The notes: generated from the letters alone by a model not told the origin. 64,000 nt of DNA from Clostridia bacterium (GCA_017621655.1 JAGASS010000016.1:79961-143960), one strand, 5' to 3'. Positions 9,247-19,143 are shown, counted from the stretch's first letter. Numbers and translations: made by a program.

Positions 9247-12039
9247 ATGGCTGAAAAATGGTATGATAAATCTGCCGTGCAGACTGCAACTATTCTCGGC
9301 ACGAACGTCGGAACGGGACTAGACCGTGAAGAAGTACGCAGACGAAGAAAGCTTGACGGTGAAAACGATATATACCCGACACCAAAGAAAAACTATAAGA
9401 CATATCTTGCTCACCTTCTGACGGATTTTAATTCGCTTCTCATGCTGACTGTGCTTCTCATAGCCGCAATATTTGAGGAGACTGAAAACCTGTTCGTTAT
9501 GTTCGCGGTGCTTATTACCTACTATATCGTCGCAATGGTAACGTATATGAAGTCGCAAAGCGTCCTTGACGATATGGGTAAGGGAGCGCTTCCGAACGCA
9601 AAGGTGCTTCGCGAGGGAAGAGTATATATGATCAAGCAGCGGCGTCTTGTCCGCGGCGACGTTATTTATATTTCTGCAGGCGATATCGTGCCGTGTGACG
9701 CGCGTCTTATTGAAAGTAATGACCTTGAAGTTCTTGAGGTGAACGTAACGGGTGTTACTCACGCTGTGCGTAAATCATCGCGCTTCGAGGAGTACCACGA
9801 TATTGCCCCTGCAAATCAGAAGAATATGCTCTTCGCGTCGTCTATCGTAACAAAAGGTAACGCAAAAGCTATCTGCTGTGAGATCGGCGGCGAGACGCTG
9901 GTCTGCAAGATGAAGAAAAATCAGCCGATCGTTTCTCACGAGCGACTGCAGGTGTTCGAGCGCATAGCGGTATTCTGCCGCCGTTGGACGCTTGCAATGA
10001 CGACGGGCGTTTTCATTTTGACCGCATTGTCGCTTCTTGTCGAATCAACGAATAACGGCATCTTCCCGTCGTTTATGACAGGCGTTTCTCTTGCTGTATC
10101 GTCTATGAGCGAGTTTTATACCGCGTTCGGCTATATAGTCCTCGCCTGCGGCATATTCGGTGCGCTCAACCGCAAAAAAGAGGTAAACAGAGGCGCGCTG
10201 ATAAAAAACAGCTCAAAGCTTGAGGACCTTAAAAACCTCACTTGCCTGATTGTGCCTAAGGAAGGCGCATTCAATATACGCGGAATGTCGCTCGAAAAGG
10301 TGTTTGCAAACGGAGACGTATATGCAAAGGAAGACCGCGGCTTCAAGAAAAACGCCGCAAGAGTTCTACGATACGCGCTTATCTCAACGGGTAAGTACGG
10401 AGCAGGAATGCTCACGCGTAACAATATGCTCGGCGAGAACATATATACCTCTGAAGAGGACGCAATAATCAAGGCGGCAGAGGGGCTGAGCGAATATAAT
10501 ATAGGTCTTGAAAAACGCTACCCGATGGTCGAGCACGTCGACCGCGGAACGCGTGGCTCTGCCTTCGATACAACTCTCGTTCACTATGAAAACGGCTTTT
10601 TCGTAAGCTTGCGCGGCGACTATTCAAGTATTCTTCCTCTTTGCCGCTACTATACTGAGGACAGCCGAGTTTATACCATGACCGACGAGAAGCTGAATAA
10701 CTTCTATATCGAAGCGGAAAAGCTTGCCCGTCAGTCATACAGAGTAATAGCGATAGCGTCAAAGGATACCGTTTATAATAATCTCAGGCGTGTAGCCAAC
10801 TGTCATACCGAGCTTACCCTCGAGGGTCTGCTCGCGATAAGAGAGCCGATTCTTCCTGATGCGGCAAAGAACGTTCTGCGCTGTAAGAACGCAGGAATTA
10901 AGGTAATTATGCTCTCGCCCGACGAAAGCGAAAATAACGCGGTAGTTGCCGAATCTCTCGGTATTGCTGCGGGACCCGATCAGCTTGTGACCGGAAGGGC
11001 GCTTTCGGGAATGAAGGAAGGAATTATCAGAGCCGATCTTGATAAATATACTGTGTATCAGGGCTTGTCACTGACTCAAAAACGAATGATAGTCCGCTAT
11101 TTGCAGGAAAAGGGTGAAAAGGTCGGCTATCTCTGCTCGGAGCTTGACGAGATAATTCTTATGAAGGAAGCCGACGTCGGCTTTGCGCAAAGTGTAACGC
11201 TTTCGGATCGTATGGGCGGTAGCGGCGTTGACCTATCAAGACATAATATCCCTATTTACAGTAAAGACGCAAATTCGGGGCAGATCGGCTGCGAGGCGCT
11301 GAAATTTGTATCAGACGTTATCGTTTCCGAACCCGATTCCTCGGGAACGGGCGGCTTTAACGCAATCGTCGATTCTTTCCTTTGCTCAAAATCTGTGTAT
11401 TATAATCTGCACAGAATGCTTAAATATATGATAAGCACGCAGATAGCTCGGCTTCTGCTTGTATTCATATCACTTCTTTGCGGATTTACCGCGCTTATTC
11501 CCTCACAGATTCTTTTCCTTGGTCTTGTAACCGACTTCGCGGCGATAATCATAATCGCCTTTGAAAAGCCCGATTATTCGCTTGTAAAAGCATCAGCGAA
11601 CGTCGGCGGTAAGCTGCATAATCCCTTTATTAAGAATCCCGAAGCCGCGCTGATGGGCATTCTTTGGGCGGTTGTTACCGCGGTCAGCGCTATGCTGTTG
11701 ACTAAGAACTCAGTAATGCCCGAATCAGCCGTTACTGCATATTGCTTCGTAAGCTTCATTATTGCGCAGATAGCGATGCTGAACGAATGTAAACGAGAGC
11801 AGAGCGTTTTCGATAAGAACGTAAGAGTGAACGGCGCGTATGTTACGATGCTTGTAGTTGTCGTTGGGTTCATCGCATTCGCATTTGCTTTGCCAAGCTT
11901 TGGAAAGCTGTTTGGAATTGTTCGTATGTCGCCATATGCGGCTCTTGCGGCTTTGATTCCTGCCGTGATCCTGACGGCGGCTTACGAGATCTTCAAGGCG
12001 ATCACGCGTCCGAAAAAAGATAAAAAAGTGCATAAATAA
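9247..12039 (+). CDS. P-type (P2/Ca2+-ATPase-like) transporter homologue lacking all catalytic motifs
   Basis: Cation-ATPase N-terminus, A-domain LVRGDVI..AGDIVPCDARL, about 10 TM helices, QILFLGLVTD; but DKTGT is PKEGA, TGES is TGVT, TGD is SPD, GDGVND is CSELDE. AGAAAGGAGA RBS before ATG 9247. Confidence 0.88.
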   Translation: MAEKWYDKSAVQTATILGTNVGTGLDREEVRRRRKLDGENDIYPTPKKNYKTYLAHLLTDFNSLLMLTVLLIAAIFEETENLFVMFAVLITYYIVAMVTYMKSQSVLDDMGKGALPNAKVLREGRVYMIKQRRLVRGDVIYISAGDIVPCDARLIESNDLEVLEVNVTGVTHAVRKSSRFEEYHDIAPANQKNMLFASSIVTKGNAKAICCEIGGETLVCKMKKNQPIVSHERLQVFERIAVFCRRWTLAMTTGVFILTALSLLVESTNNGIFPSFMTGVSLAVSSMSEFYTAFGYIVLACGIFGALNRKKEVNRGALIKNSSKLEDLKNLTCLIVPKEGAFNIRGMSLEKVFANGDVYAKEDRGFKKNAARVLRYALISTGKYGAGMLTRNNMLGENIYTSEEDAIIKAAEGLSEYNIGLEKRYPMVEHVDRGTRGSAFDTTLVHYENGFFVSLRGDYSSILPLCRYYTEDSRVYTMTDEKLNNFYIEAEKLARQSYRVIAIASKDTVYNNLRRVANCHTELTLEGLLAIREPILPDAAKNVLRCKNAGIKVIMLSPDESENNAVVAESLGIAAGPDQLVTGRALSGMKEGIIRADLDKYTVYQGLSLTQKRMIVRYLQEKGEKVGYLCSELDEIILMKEADVGFAQSVTLSDRMGGSGVDLSRHNIPIYSKDANSGQIGCEALKFVSDVIVSEPDSSGTGGFNAIVDSFLCSKSVYYNLHRMLKYMISTQIARLLLVFISLLCGFTALIPSQILFLGLVTDFAAIIIIAFEKPDYSLVKASANVGGKLHNPFIKNPEAALMGILWAVVTAVSAMLLTKNSVMPESAVTAYCFVSFIIAQIAMLNECKREQSVFDKNVRVNGAYVTMLVVVVGFIAFAFALPSFGKLFGIVRMSPYAALAALIPAVILTAAYEIFKAITRPKKDKKVHK

Positions 12040-12077
12040 AAAATGACCGAAAACGTTAGGTTTTCGGTCATTTTTTT
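12038..12077. terminator. Bidirectional intrinsic terminator
   Basis: AAAAAATGACCGAAAAC-gttag-GTTTTCGGTCATTTTTT between convergent genes. Confidence 0.9.
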
Positions 12078-13116
12078 ACTGTATTTCGTCTATGAAGTAA
12101 GCTCTTGAATACGCCTTGTATCCTTGTGCATCTGTAACTGTCACGCGGATATATGCAGGCGGATCGGTCTTTAGCTTGTGCGCTGAATCGGCGATGTAGG
12201 ATTTGAGGTCAAATACCGCTTCTGTGTGCGGCACTCCGTCCTTGGATCTTACGCATCTGTTGTGACGTCTTTCGGTTGCAACTTCAACTGACACTGCAGG
12301 AGAGGTTTTGACGGTGAGTATGCCGTCCTCAATATAGAGATCGTGTATCTCGGTACCTGTCGACGAATAAAAATCGCCGTTTTCAAGCGCGGTCATAACG
12401 GTGGTATAATCAAGCTTGTCTGCCTTGATCATTACCCAGCCACCGAAATAGTCCCAGAAGGTGTCCTTTTTGCCGTGCGCGTCGTCTGTAGCGAGAGGGA
12501 AGACGTTTTCACCGAGAGCGAGAAGATCGTCAAGCGGCTGAACTGTATCGGGATAGCCGCTTCTTGCGCACCCTGCGTTATACACCTCAACGCCCCAAAC
12601 GCCCTTAAGCTTTGAATAGAACGGGTAGTGGTTGAGCGACCATACGGGATGATTGTAGGAGACGATAAAGCCGTCTTCCTTAGCGGCTGCAATTACCTCG
12701 TTCATTGACTCGGGAGTAAAGGTCCTCTTGAAGTCGATCTCCTTCATTTCATCAGCCATATACTGTTCGGCATGAGCAGGCCAAAGGCGTGACTTCGAGT
12801 ATACAGAGCAGACCGTCTTGTTTGGGTCCTTGGCATAGAGATTCATGTGACAGGTCTCGCGGTAGCTGTACGCACCGTGAGTGATCTCGGCGTTTGTCGC
12901 GAGCTCAACGGCGGTTATCGCAAGAAACTCATCGTCGTCAAGGTCCTTGTGCGGCACCATCGCTTCGTGGTCGGTAAAAGCGACGACGGAATATCCGCGC
13001 TTCTTGTATTCTTCCTTTATCTCCTCGGGGGTAAGCGATCCGTCGGAGATCGTCGTGTGAACGTGAAGATTCGCCTTATAATAATTACCTTTTTCGGGTA
13101 AAAGGTGCTTTTTCAT
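12076..13116 (-). CDS. PHP-domain metallohydrolase
   Basis: NLHVHTTISDG, FTDHE, YNHP, ATDDAH metal-ligand motifs. Confidence 0.85.
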   Translation of the reverse strand: MKKHLLPEKGNYYKANLHVHTTISDGSLTPEEIKEEYKKRGYSVVAFTDHEAMVPHKDLDDDEFLAITAVELATNAEITHGAYSYRETCHMNLYAKDPNKTVCSVYSKSRLWPAHAEQYMADEMKEIDFKRTFTPESMNEVIAAAKEDGFIVSYNHPVWSLNHYPFYSKLKGVWGVEVYNAGCARSGYPDTVQPLDDLLALGENVFPLATDDAHGKKDTFWDYFGGWVMIKADKLDYTTVMTALENGDFYSSTGTEIHDLYIEDGILTVKTSPAVSVEVATERRHNRCVRSKDGVPHTEAVFDLKSYIADSAHKLKTDPPAYIRVTVTDAQGYKAYSRAYFIDEIQ

Positions 13117-13120
13117 AGGA

Positions 13121-13678
13121 TCACTCCATTACAGTTCCGTCGGGATGGAAAAGCGGAAGCTTTTCAAGGTATACGATATCGGGGCGCTCCTGAGCGTCGC
13201 CCTCAGCAAGTATACATGCCTTTCCTACGATGATTCCGCCTGCCTGTTCAACGAGGACAGCAAGTGCGTTAAGGGATTCACCTGTCGAGATAACGTCGTC
13301 AACGAGCAGGATCTTTTTGCCCTTCATTCTCTCGGCATCCATGCCGTCAAGATACAGGTGCTGATCTGCATCGGTAGTGATCGAACGGACGGGAACGTCA
13401 AAGACGCTCGTCATATAGAGCTTCGGGTGCTTACGCGCGACGAAATAGAAATCGTCCTCGCGCTGTCTTGCCATTTCGTGTGCAAGCGGAATACCCTTTG
13501 CCTCTGCGGTTATAAGGTAGTCGTATTCGGGAACGATCTTAAGGAGGTCGCGTGCGCAGGCAACAGTAAGCTCTGCGTCACCGAAAATTACGAATGCGCC
13601 GATACTGAGGTTTTCGTTTACGGGGCAGATAGGAAGATGTCTTTGAAGCCCCGCGATTGTCATTTTATGAGTGAGCAT
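13121..13678 (-). CDS. Purine phosphoribosyltransferase family protein (APRT-like)
   Basis: TAEAKGIPLA and PRPP-binding LLVDDVISTGES; start chosen at ATG best spaced from GAAAGGA RBS. Confidence 0.85.
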   Translation of the reverse strand: MLTHKMTIAGLQRHLPICPVNENLSIGAFVIFGDAELTVACARDLLKIVPEYDYLITAEAKGIPLAHEMARQREDDFYFVARKHPKLYMTSVFDVPVRSITTDADQHLYLDGMDAERMKGKKILLVDDVISTGESLNALAVLVEQAGGIIVGKACILAEGDAQERPDIVYLEKLPLFHPDGTVME

Positions 13679-13712
13679 GATAGTCATCCTTTCCATAATA
13701 ACTCTACTATAG

Positions 13713-13809
13713 ATTATATCTCAAAAATGCAAAAAGTCAAGATAATTTACTTCTATTCTTATAATAATCAATAAAAATACTTGAATTATTCAGAAAGGTC
13801 TGCTATAAT
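13713..13809. promoter_or_regulatory. Divergent sigma-A-type promoters
   Basis: Plus: TTGAAT-17-TATAAT with extended TG (13781-13809); minus: TTGACT-16-TATAAT (13740-13713). Confidence 0.65.
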
Positions 13810-13845
13810 ATATTATGTATAATTGTATAATGGGAGTATTATCTG

Positions 13846-14970
13846 ATGAATATAGGACTGCTCGGCTTCGGAGCTATGGGAAAGACGCATACCTATTCGG
13901 TTAAAAACCTGCCGTTCTTCTACGGAGCCGGATATGAAAACGATAAAATAGTCGCTCTCTGCTCGGGGCATTATGAGAACGCTGTCAAAGCAGTTAATGA
14001 GTTTTCCCTTGGACGCGCCTGCAAAAGCGAGGACGAGATCATAAACGATCCGAATATTGATATAGTCGATATTTGCACGCCGAATATTTATCACTATGAA
14101 ACCGTTAAAAAGGCACTTAATGCGGGTAAACACGTTTACTGCGAAAAACCGCTTGCGGTCACTTACGAAGAAGCAAAGGAGCTTTGCAATCTAGCCGAAG
14201 GCAAGGGACTTACTTGCCGTATCGTATTCAATAACCGCTTTATGCCGGCAGTAATGAGAGCGAAGGAAATTGTGGAAAGCGGACGGCTCGGAAACGTGAT
14301 AACCTTCCGCGTCGCTTATCTTCACGCAAGCTGTATTGACCCAAACAAAAAGGCGGGCTGGAAGCAGGATCGCGACATCTGCGGCGGCGGAGTTCTTTTC
14401 GACCTCGGCTCGCACGCTATCGACCTCGTCCGTCACCTTTGCGGCGAGATAGCTTCGGTCAGCGGCAGAAGTCAGATATATCATAAGAACCGTCTCGGCG
14501 TTGACGGCAAAGCGTGGGAAACCAACGCTGACGAAGCGTTTTACATTACAGCTGAGCTTGAAAACGGCGGTATGGGAACTATCGAAGCAAATAAGCTCGC
14601 TATCGGAACGAATGACGATCTCTCGTTTGAAATATACGGTGAAAAGGGTGCGCTCAAGTATTCGCTTATGCAGCCGAACTATCTGCGGTATTACGACGGA
14701 GATAGAGCAGGAGGCGTTTTAGGCGGAGACGGCGGATTTACCGATATCGAATGTGTCGGCAGATACCCAGCGCCGGGCGGAATTTTCCCGTCGTTCAAAG
14801 CCCCCGTCGGCTGGCTTATGGGACACGTTGAGTCTTACCGCGACTTCCTTGACGCGATAAAGAAGGGAAGCGTATCGAAGCCGGATTTTAAGGACGGAGC
14901 GAGAGTACAGCTTATAATGGAGAAGGCATACGAGTCGGCTGATAACGGCTCGGTAGACATTCGCGTTTGA
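13846..14970 (+). CDS. Gfo/Idh/MocA family oxidoreductase
   Basis: GLLGFGAMG Rossmann motif, AGKHVYCEKP, GGGVLFDLGSHAID. Confidence 0.92.
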   Translation: MNIGLLGFGAMGKTHTYSVKNLPFFYGAGYENDKIVALCSGHYENAVKAVNEFSLGRACKSEDEIINDPNIDIVDICTPNIYHYETVKKALNAGKHVYCEKPLAVTYEEAKELCNLAEGKGLTCRIVFNNRFMPAVMRAKEIVESGRLGNVITFRVAYLHASCIDPNKKAGWKQDRDICGGGVLFDLGSHAIDLVRHLCGEIASVSGRSQIYHKNRLGVDGKAWETNADEAFYITAELENGGMGTIEANKLAIGTNDDLSFEIYGEKGALKYSLMQPNYLRYYDGDRAGGVLGGDGGFTDIECVGRYPAPGGIFPSFKAPVGWLMGHVESYRDFLDAIKKGSVSKPDFKDGARVQLIMEKAYESADNGSVDIRV

Positions 14971-15008
14971 CCGACCGACGGCGGTTTTCCGTCGGAGAAT
15001 GAGGAACT

Positions 15009-15626
15009 ATGCTTACAGTAGGACTGACGGGCAGCTCGGGAAGCGGTAAGGGTTACGTATCCGACATAATGAAGAGCGTCGGAATACCTTGCCTTGATAC
15101 CGATAAGGTCTGCCGTGACGTCTATATGAAGGGAAACGAGTGCTACGACGATCTTGTGCGCAATTTCGGAGATATTATTCTCGGAGATGACGGCGAGATC
15201 GACCGAAAGAAGCTCTTTAACCTTACCTTTACGGATAAAGAAAAATACGAGCAGTTAAATTCTATCGCTTTTTATCACATAATGCGTCAGACGAAAAAAT
15301 GGCTCGATGAGCGCGAGAGCGAGGGCGAGAAGATAGTCGTTATCGACGCGCCGATGCTTTACGAAAGCGGATTTGATAAGATGTGTCAAAAGGTAATTTG
15401 CGTGACCGCCGACACACCGACACAGGTCAGCCGTATCATGAAGCGCGACGGTATCTCAGAAGAAGAGGCGCGCGTTCGCCTGAGCAAGCAGAAGGCGAAT
15501 ATTTACTATACCTCAAAGGCGGATTACGAGCTTAATAACTCGATCCGTAACGAGCACAATATTTACACCGAAACTACGCGTCTTGTCGGCGTTTTGCGCC
15601 GCCACGAGGCGAGGATTAATAAGTAA
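15009..15626 (+). CDS. coaE: Dephospho-CoA kinase
   Basis: VGLTGSSGSGKG, IDRKKL, IDAPMLYESG, RIMKRDG motifs. Confidence 0.92.
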   Translation: MLTVGLTGSSGSGKGYVSDIMKSVGIPCLDTDKVCRDVYMKGNECYDDLVRNFGDIILGDDGEIDRKKLFNLTFTDKEKYEQLNSIAFYHIMRQTKKWLDERESEGEKIVVIDAPMLYESGFDKMCQKVICVTADTPTQVSRIMKRDGISEEEARVRLSKQKANIYYTSKADYELNNSIRNEHNIYTETTRLVGVLRRHEARINK

Positions 15627-15653
15627 ATTATAATTCCGAAGGAGAATTTGAAA

Positions 15654-17042
15654 ATGGACGTAAAAGAACTTAAATCACAGCTCGAATACAAGAACAAAAA
15701 CGTATTCGACATTATTTCCGAGGACGAGCTTGAAAGATCGTTTGCATATGCTGAAGCATATAAGCTTTTCCTTGACAATGCAAAGACCGAAAGAGAAGCG
15801 GTAAAGTACGCTATCGCTATGGTCGAAAAGAAGGGCTATACCGAGTACCACTTCGGCGACGAGCTTCAGGTCGGCGGTACTTACTACTATAACAACAGAG
15901 GCAAGATGCTCATCGTATTCAAGGTCGGCGAAAACGACATTGAAAAGGACGGCGCGTATATCGTTGCCGCACATATTGATTCTCCCCGTATCGACCTCAA
16001 GCAGAATCCTCTTTACGAGGCAGACGGCTTCGGTATGTTCAAGACCCACTACTATGGCGGTGTTAAGAAGTATCAGTGGACGACCGTTCCGCTTGCGCTT
16101 CACGGCGTAATGGTCAAGCGTGACGGCGAGGTCGTTGACATCTGCATCGGTGAAGACGAGGAGGATCCGATCTTCTATATTTCCGATCTTCTTCCTCACC
16201 TTGCAAAGGATCAGATGACGAAGACTCTCGCAGAGGGAATCACGGGCGAAGGTCTTAACATTATCGTTGGAACAGAGCCATACCGCGAGGAAGAGACCGA
16301 CGGTGCTATCCGTCTCAACCTTCTCCGCATTCTTAATGAAAAGTACGGCATTACCGAGGAGGACTTCATCTCCGCGGAGCTTACCGCAGTTCCCGCACTC
16401 AAGGCAAGAGACATCGGTCTTGACCGTTCTCTTATCGGCGGCTACGGTCATGATGACCGCGTTTGCGCTTACCCTGCAGTAACCGCACTTCTTGACAATC
16501 CCGACACCAAGAAGACCGTATTTGCCATCCTTGCCGACAAGGAAGAGGTCGGATCTGACGGCGTAACCGGTATGCAGAGCTTGGCGTTTACCGACATTCT
16601 TGAAGAGGTCTGTGACGCTCTCGGCGCAAATTACCGCAAGGTTAAGGCAAATTCGAAGTGCCTCTCCGCTGACGTTAACGCAGCGTTTGACCCGAATTTC
16701 CCCGAGGTTCTCGAAAGAAAGAACGCTTGCTACGCTAACTGTGGTGTCGTTCTCTCCAAGTTTACCGGCTCGAGAGGTAAGTCCGGCACGTCCGACGCTA
16801 CCTCCGAGTTTACCGCTTACGTAAGAAATATGCTTAACGAGGCAGGTGTTGAGTGGCAGATGGCAGAGCTCGGTAAGGTCGACCAGGGCGGCGGCGGAAC
16901 CGTTGCAAAGTTCATTGCTAATCACAATATAGACACCCTTGACGTTGGCGTTCCGGTCATCTCGATGCACGCTCCCTATGAAGCAATTTCGAAGCTTGAC
17001 CTCTATATGACCTATAAGGCATTTGCCGCGTTTGTAAAATAA
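15654..17042 (+). CDS. M18 family aminopeptidase
   Basis: AHIDSPR, HYYGGVKKYQW, GHDDR, DKEEVGS, SMHAP motifs. Confidence 0.93.
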   Translation: MDVKELKSQLEYKNKNVFDIISEDELERSFAYAEAYKLFLDNAKTEREAVKYAIAMVEKKGYTEYHFGDELQVGGTYYYNNRGKMLIVFKVGENDIEKDGAYIVAAHIDSPRIDLKQNPLYEADGFGMFKTHYYGGVKKYQWTTVPLALHGVMVKRDGEVVDICIGEDEEDPIFYISDLLPHLAKDQMTKTLAEGITGEGLNIIVGTEPYREEETDGAIRLNLLRILNEKYGITEEDFISAELTAVPALKARDIGLDRSLIGGYGHDDRVCAYPAVTALLDNPDTKKTVFAILADKEEVGSDGVTGMQSLAFTDILEEVCDALGANYRKVKANSKCLSADVNAAFDPNFPEVLERKNACYANCGVVLSKFTGSRGKSGTSDATSEFTAYVRNMLNEAGVEWQMAELGKVDQGGGGTVAKFIANHNIDTLDVGVPVISMHAPYEAISKLDLYMTYKAFAAFVK

Positions 17043-18112
17043 TGCTTGACAAGCTGAAGGAGGCGGAGCTTTATTACAGCGGCGTCTGTCATAAGCTTTC
17101 GACTCCCGAGGCACTTACCGATCCCTCGGAGCTCCGTCGGCTTATGCAGGAGGAGAGAAAGCTCTCGCCAATAATCGAAAAATACCGCGAATATAAGTCG
17201 GTCACCTCTCGCCTTGAAGAAGCGCTTATTCTTCAGGGTGAGAGCGACCAAGAGCTTCAGGAGCTGGCAGACGAGGAAATAAAGCTCTGCCGTCCGCTTA
17301 TCGAGGAGATCAAAAAGGAGCTTACCGTGCTTTTGCTTCCGCAGGACCCGAACGATGAAAAGAACGTCGTCGTTGAGATAAGAGCAGGAGCAGGCGGTGA
17401 GGAGGCGGCACTGTTCGCCTACGATCTTTACCGTATGTACAGTATGTATGCCTCTCAAACCGGCTTTAAGCTTGAGACCGCATACGTCAACGAGACCGAG
17501 CTTGGTGGATATAAGGAAATATCATTTACCGTTGAGGGAAACGGCGCATATTCACGACTTAAGTACGAAAGCGGTGTTCACCGCGTCCAAAGAGTTCCCG
17601 ATACCGAGTCGCAGGGAAGAATACACACATCGACCGTTACCGTCGCAGTCCTTCCCGAGGCGGAGGAGGTCGAGCTTGAGATCAATCCTGCCGATATCGT
17701 CGTTGAGACTATGAAAAGCTCGGGCGCGGGCGGTCAGCATATCAATAAGACCGAAAGTGCCGTGCGACTTATCCATAAGCCGTCGGGAATGGTAATTGAA
17801 TGCCGCGAGGAAAGATCGCAGTACAAGAACCGTGACAAGGCGATGAAGCTTCTTCGTACGCGTCTGTACGATCAGATGTGTCGCGAGCAGGAGGGCAAGC
17901 TTGCCGATGCGCGCCGCACACAGGTCGGTACGGGTGACAGAAGCGAGAAGATCAGAACCTATAATTTTCCGCAAAGACGCGTGACGGATCACCGTATCGG
18001 TTATACCGTCCATACTCTCGACGCGTTCCTTAACGGAAGCATCGGCGGGCTGATAGATGCGCTCGCCGCGGCAGATACTGCCGAGAAACTAAAAAATTCA
18101 GGTGAAAAATGA
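17042..18112 (+). CDS. prfA: Peptide chain release factor 1
   Basis: GGQ motif (SSGAGGQHINKT), RF1-specific PxT (VPDTE), RSEKIRTYNFPQ. Confidence 0.96.
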   Translation: MLDKLKEAELYYSGVCHKLSTPEALTDPSELRRLMQEERKLSPIIEKYREYKSVTSRLEEALILQGESDQELQELADEEIKLCRPLIEEIKKELTVLLLPQDPNDEKNVVVEIRAGAGGEEAALFAYDLYRMYSMYASQTGFKLETAYVNETELGGYKEISFTVEGNGAYSRLKYESGVHRVQRVPDTESQGRIHTSTVTVAVLPEAEEVELEINPADIVVETMKSSGAGGQHINKTESAVRLIHKPSGMVIECREERSQYKNRDKAMKLLRTRLYDQMCREQEGKLADARRTQVGTGDRSEKIRTYNFPQRRVTDHRIGYTVHTLDAFLNGSIGGLIDALAAADTAEKLKNSGEK

Positions 18113-19122
18113 AAACTCTGATAATTCGGTATGAGGGCAAGGATTCTCTTATACCGGCGGCGGAGATAATCAAAAAGGGCGGAATCGTCGCTTTCCCGAC
18201 TGAGACTGTATACGGTCTTGGCGGTAATGCGCTAGACCCAAGCGCGGCGTCAAAGATATACGCTGCAAAGGGGCGCCCGTCCGATAATCCGCTGATAGTA
18301 CATTTAGACAAATATGAAAACGCAGGTATTTATGCGCATACGACGCCTCTGTTTTTTGAAATTGCAGACGCGTTTATGCCGGGACCTATCACCGTTATTC
18401 TGAAGAAGCGAAGCTTTATTCCCGATAGCGTGACCGGCGGGCTTGATACCGTTGGCTTGCGCGTTCCGTCGAACCATATCGCAAGAGAGCTTATCGAGCT
18501 TTCGGGCGTTCCGATAGCGGCGCCGTCTGCGAATATTTCGGGCAAGCCGAGTCCGACGTCGTTTGAGCACGTATATCACGATCTTAACGGCAAGGTAGAC
18601 GCGATAATCGACGGCGGTAGCTGTGATTTCGGTGTTGAAAGCACGATCGTAAAGCTTGAAAACAAGACGATACAGCTTCTCCGTCCCGGTGCGGTAACGC
18701 TTGAAATGCTGTCACTCTTCGGTGACGGGCTTTGCGTTGATCCTGCAGTTACCGAAAAATTCGACGGCACGCCCCTTGCGCCAGGTATGAAATACCGTCA
18801 CTACGCGCCGTCAACTCCGCTTACCGTTCTCGACGGAAGCGATAAGGAAGTTTATTCGTATCTTTCCGACCGAGAGGACGTCGGAGTTATTTGCTTCGAC
18901 GAGGACCTGCCGTATATAAATAACGCTTACGTTATCTCGTGCGGCTCGGTGTCCGATACTCTTACACAGGCGAAAATGCTCTTTGAATGCCTGCGCAAGA
19001 TGGACGGTAGGACTGATCTTAAACATATTTACGCAAGAATGCCGTCAAAGATCGGCATCGGTCTTGCGGTATTCAATCGGCTGATAAAAGCAGCCGGATT
19101 CAGCGTAGTTACGCTTAAATAA
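18109..19122 (+). CDS. sua5: L-threonylcarbamoyladenylate synthase (Sua5/TsaC2)
   Basis: FPTETVYGLG, KGRPSDNPLIVH, APSANISG, PGMKYRHYAP linker plus SUA5 domain. Confidence 0.95.
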   Translation: MKTLIIRYEGKDSLIPAAEIIKKGGIVAFPTETVYGLGGNALDPSAASKIYAAKGRPSDNPLIVHLDKYENAGIYAHTTPLFFEIADAFMPGPITVILKKRSFIPDSVTGGLDTVGLRVPSNHIARELIELSGVPIAAPSANISGKPSPTSFEHVYHDLNGKVDAIIDGGSCDFGVESTIVKLENKTIQLLRPGAVTLEMLSLFGDGLCVDPAVTEKFDGTPLAPGMKYRHYAPSTPLTVLDGSDKEVYSYLSDREDVGVICFDEDLPYINNAYVISCGSVSDTLTQAKMLFECLRKMDGRTDLKHIYARMPSKIGIGLAVFNRLIKAAGFSVVTLK

Positions 19123-19143
19123 AAAAGAACAGGATAAGAAAAA

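Noticed and set aside
9247-12039. Calling the ATPase homologue a pseudogene
   Set aside because: No frameshift or stop, intact RBS and terminator, structural motifs retained; changes concentrate on catalytic residues.
14975-14995. Short hairpin CCGACGG..CCGTCGG before coaE
   Set aside because: No U-tract and no riboswitch-sized leader; function cannot be supported.
15675-17114. Long antisense ORFs (479 aa here; also 38201-39184, 61638-62612, 45584-46432, 55356-56213)
   Set aside because: They mirror well-supported genes codon for codon; avoidance of TTA/CTA/TCA codons in the real genes removes antisense stops. No RBS or protein motifs.
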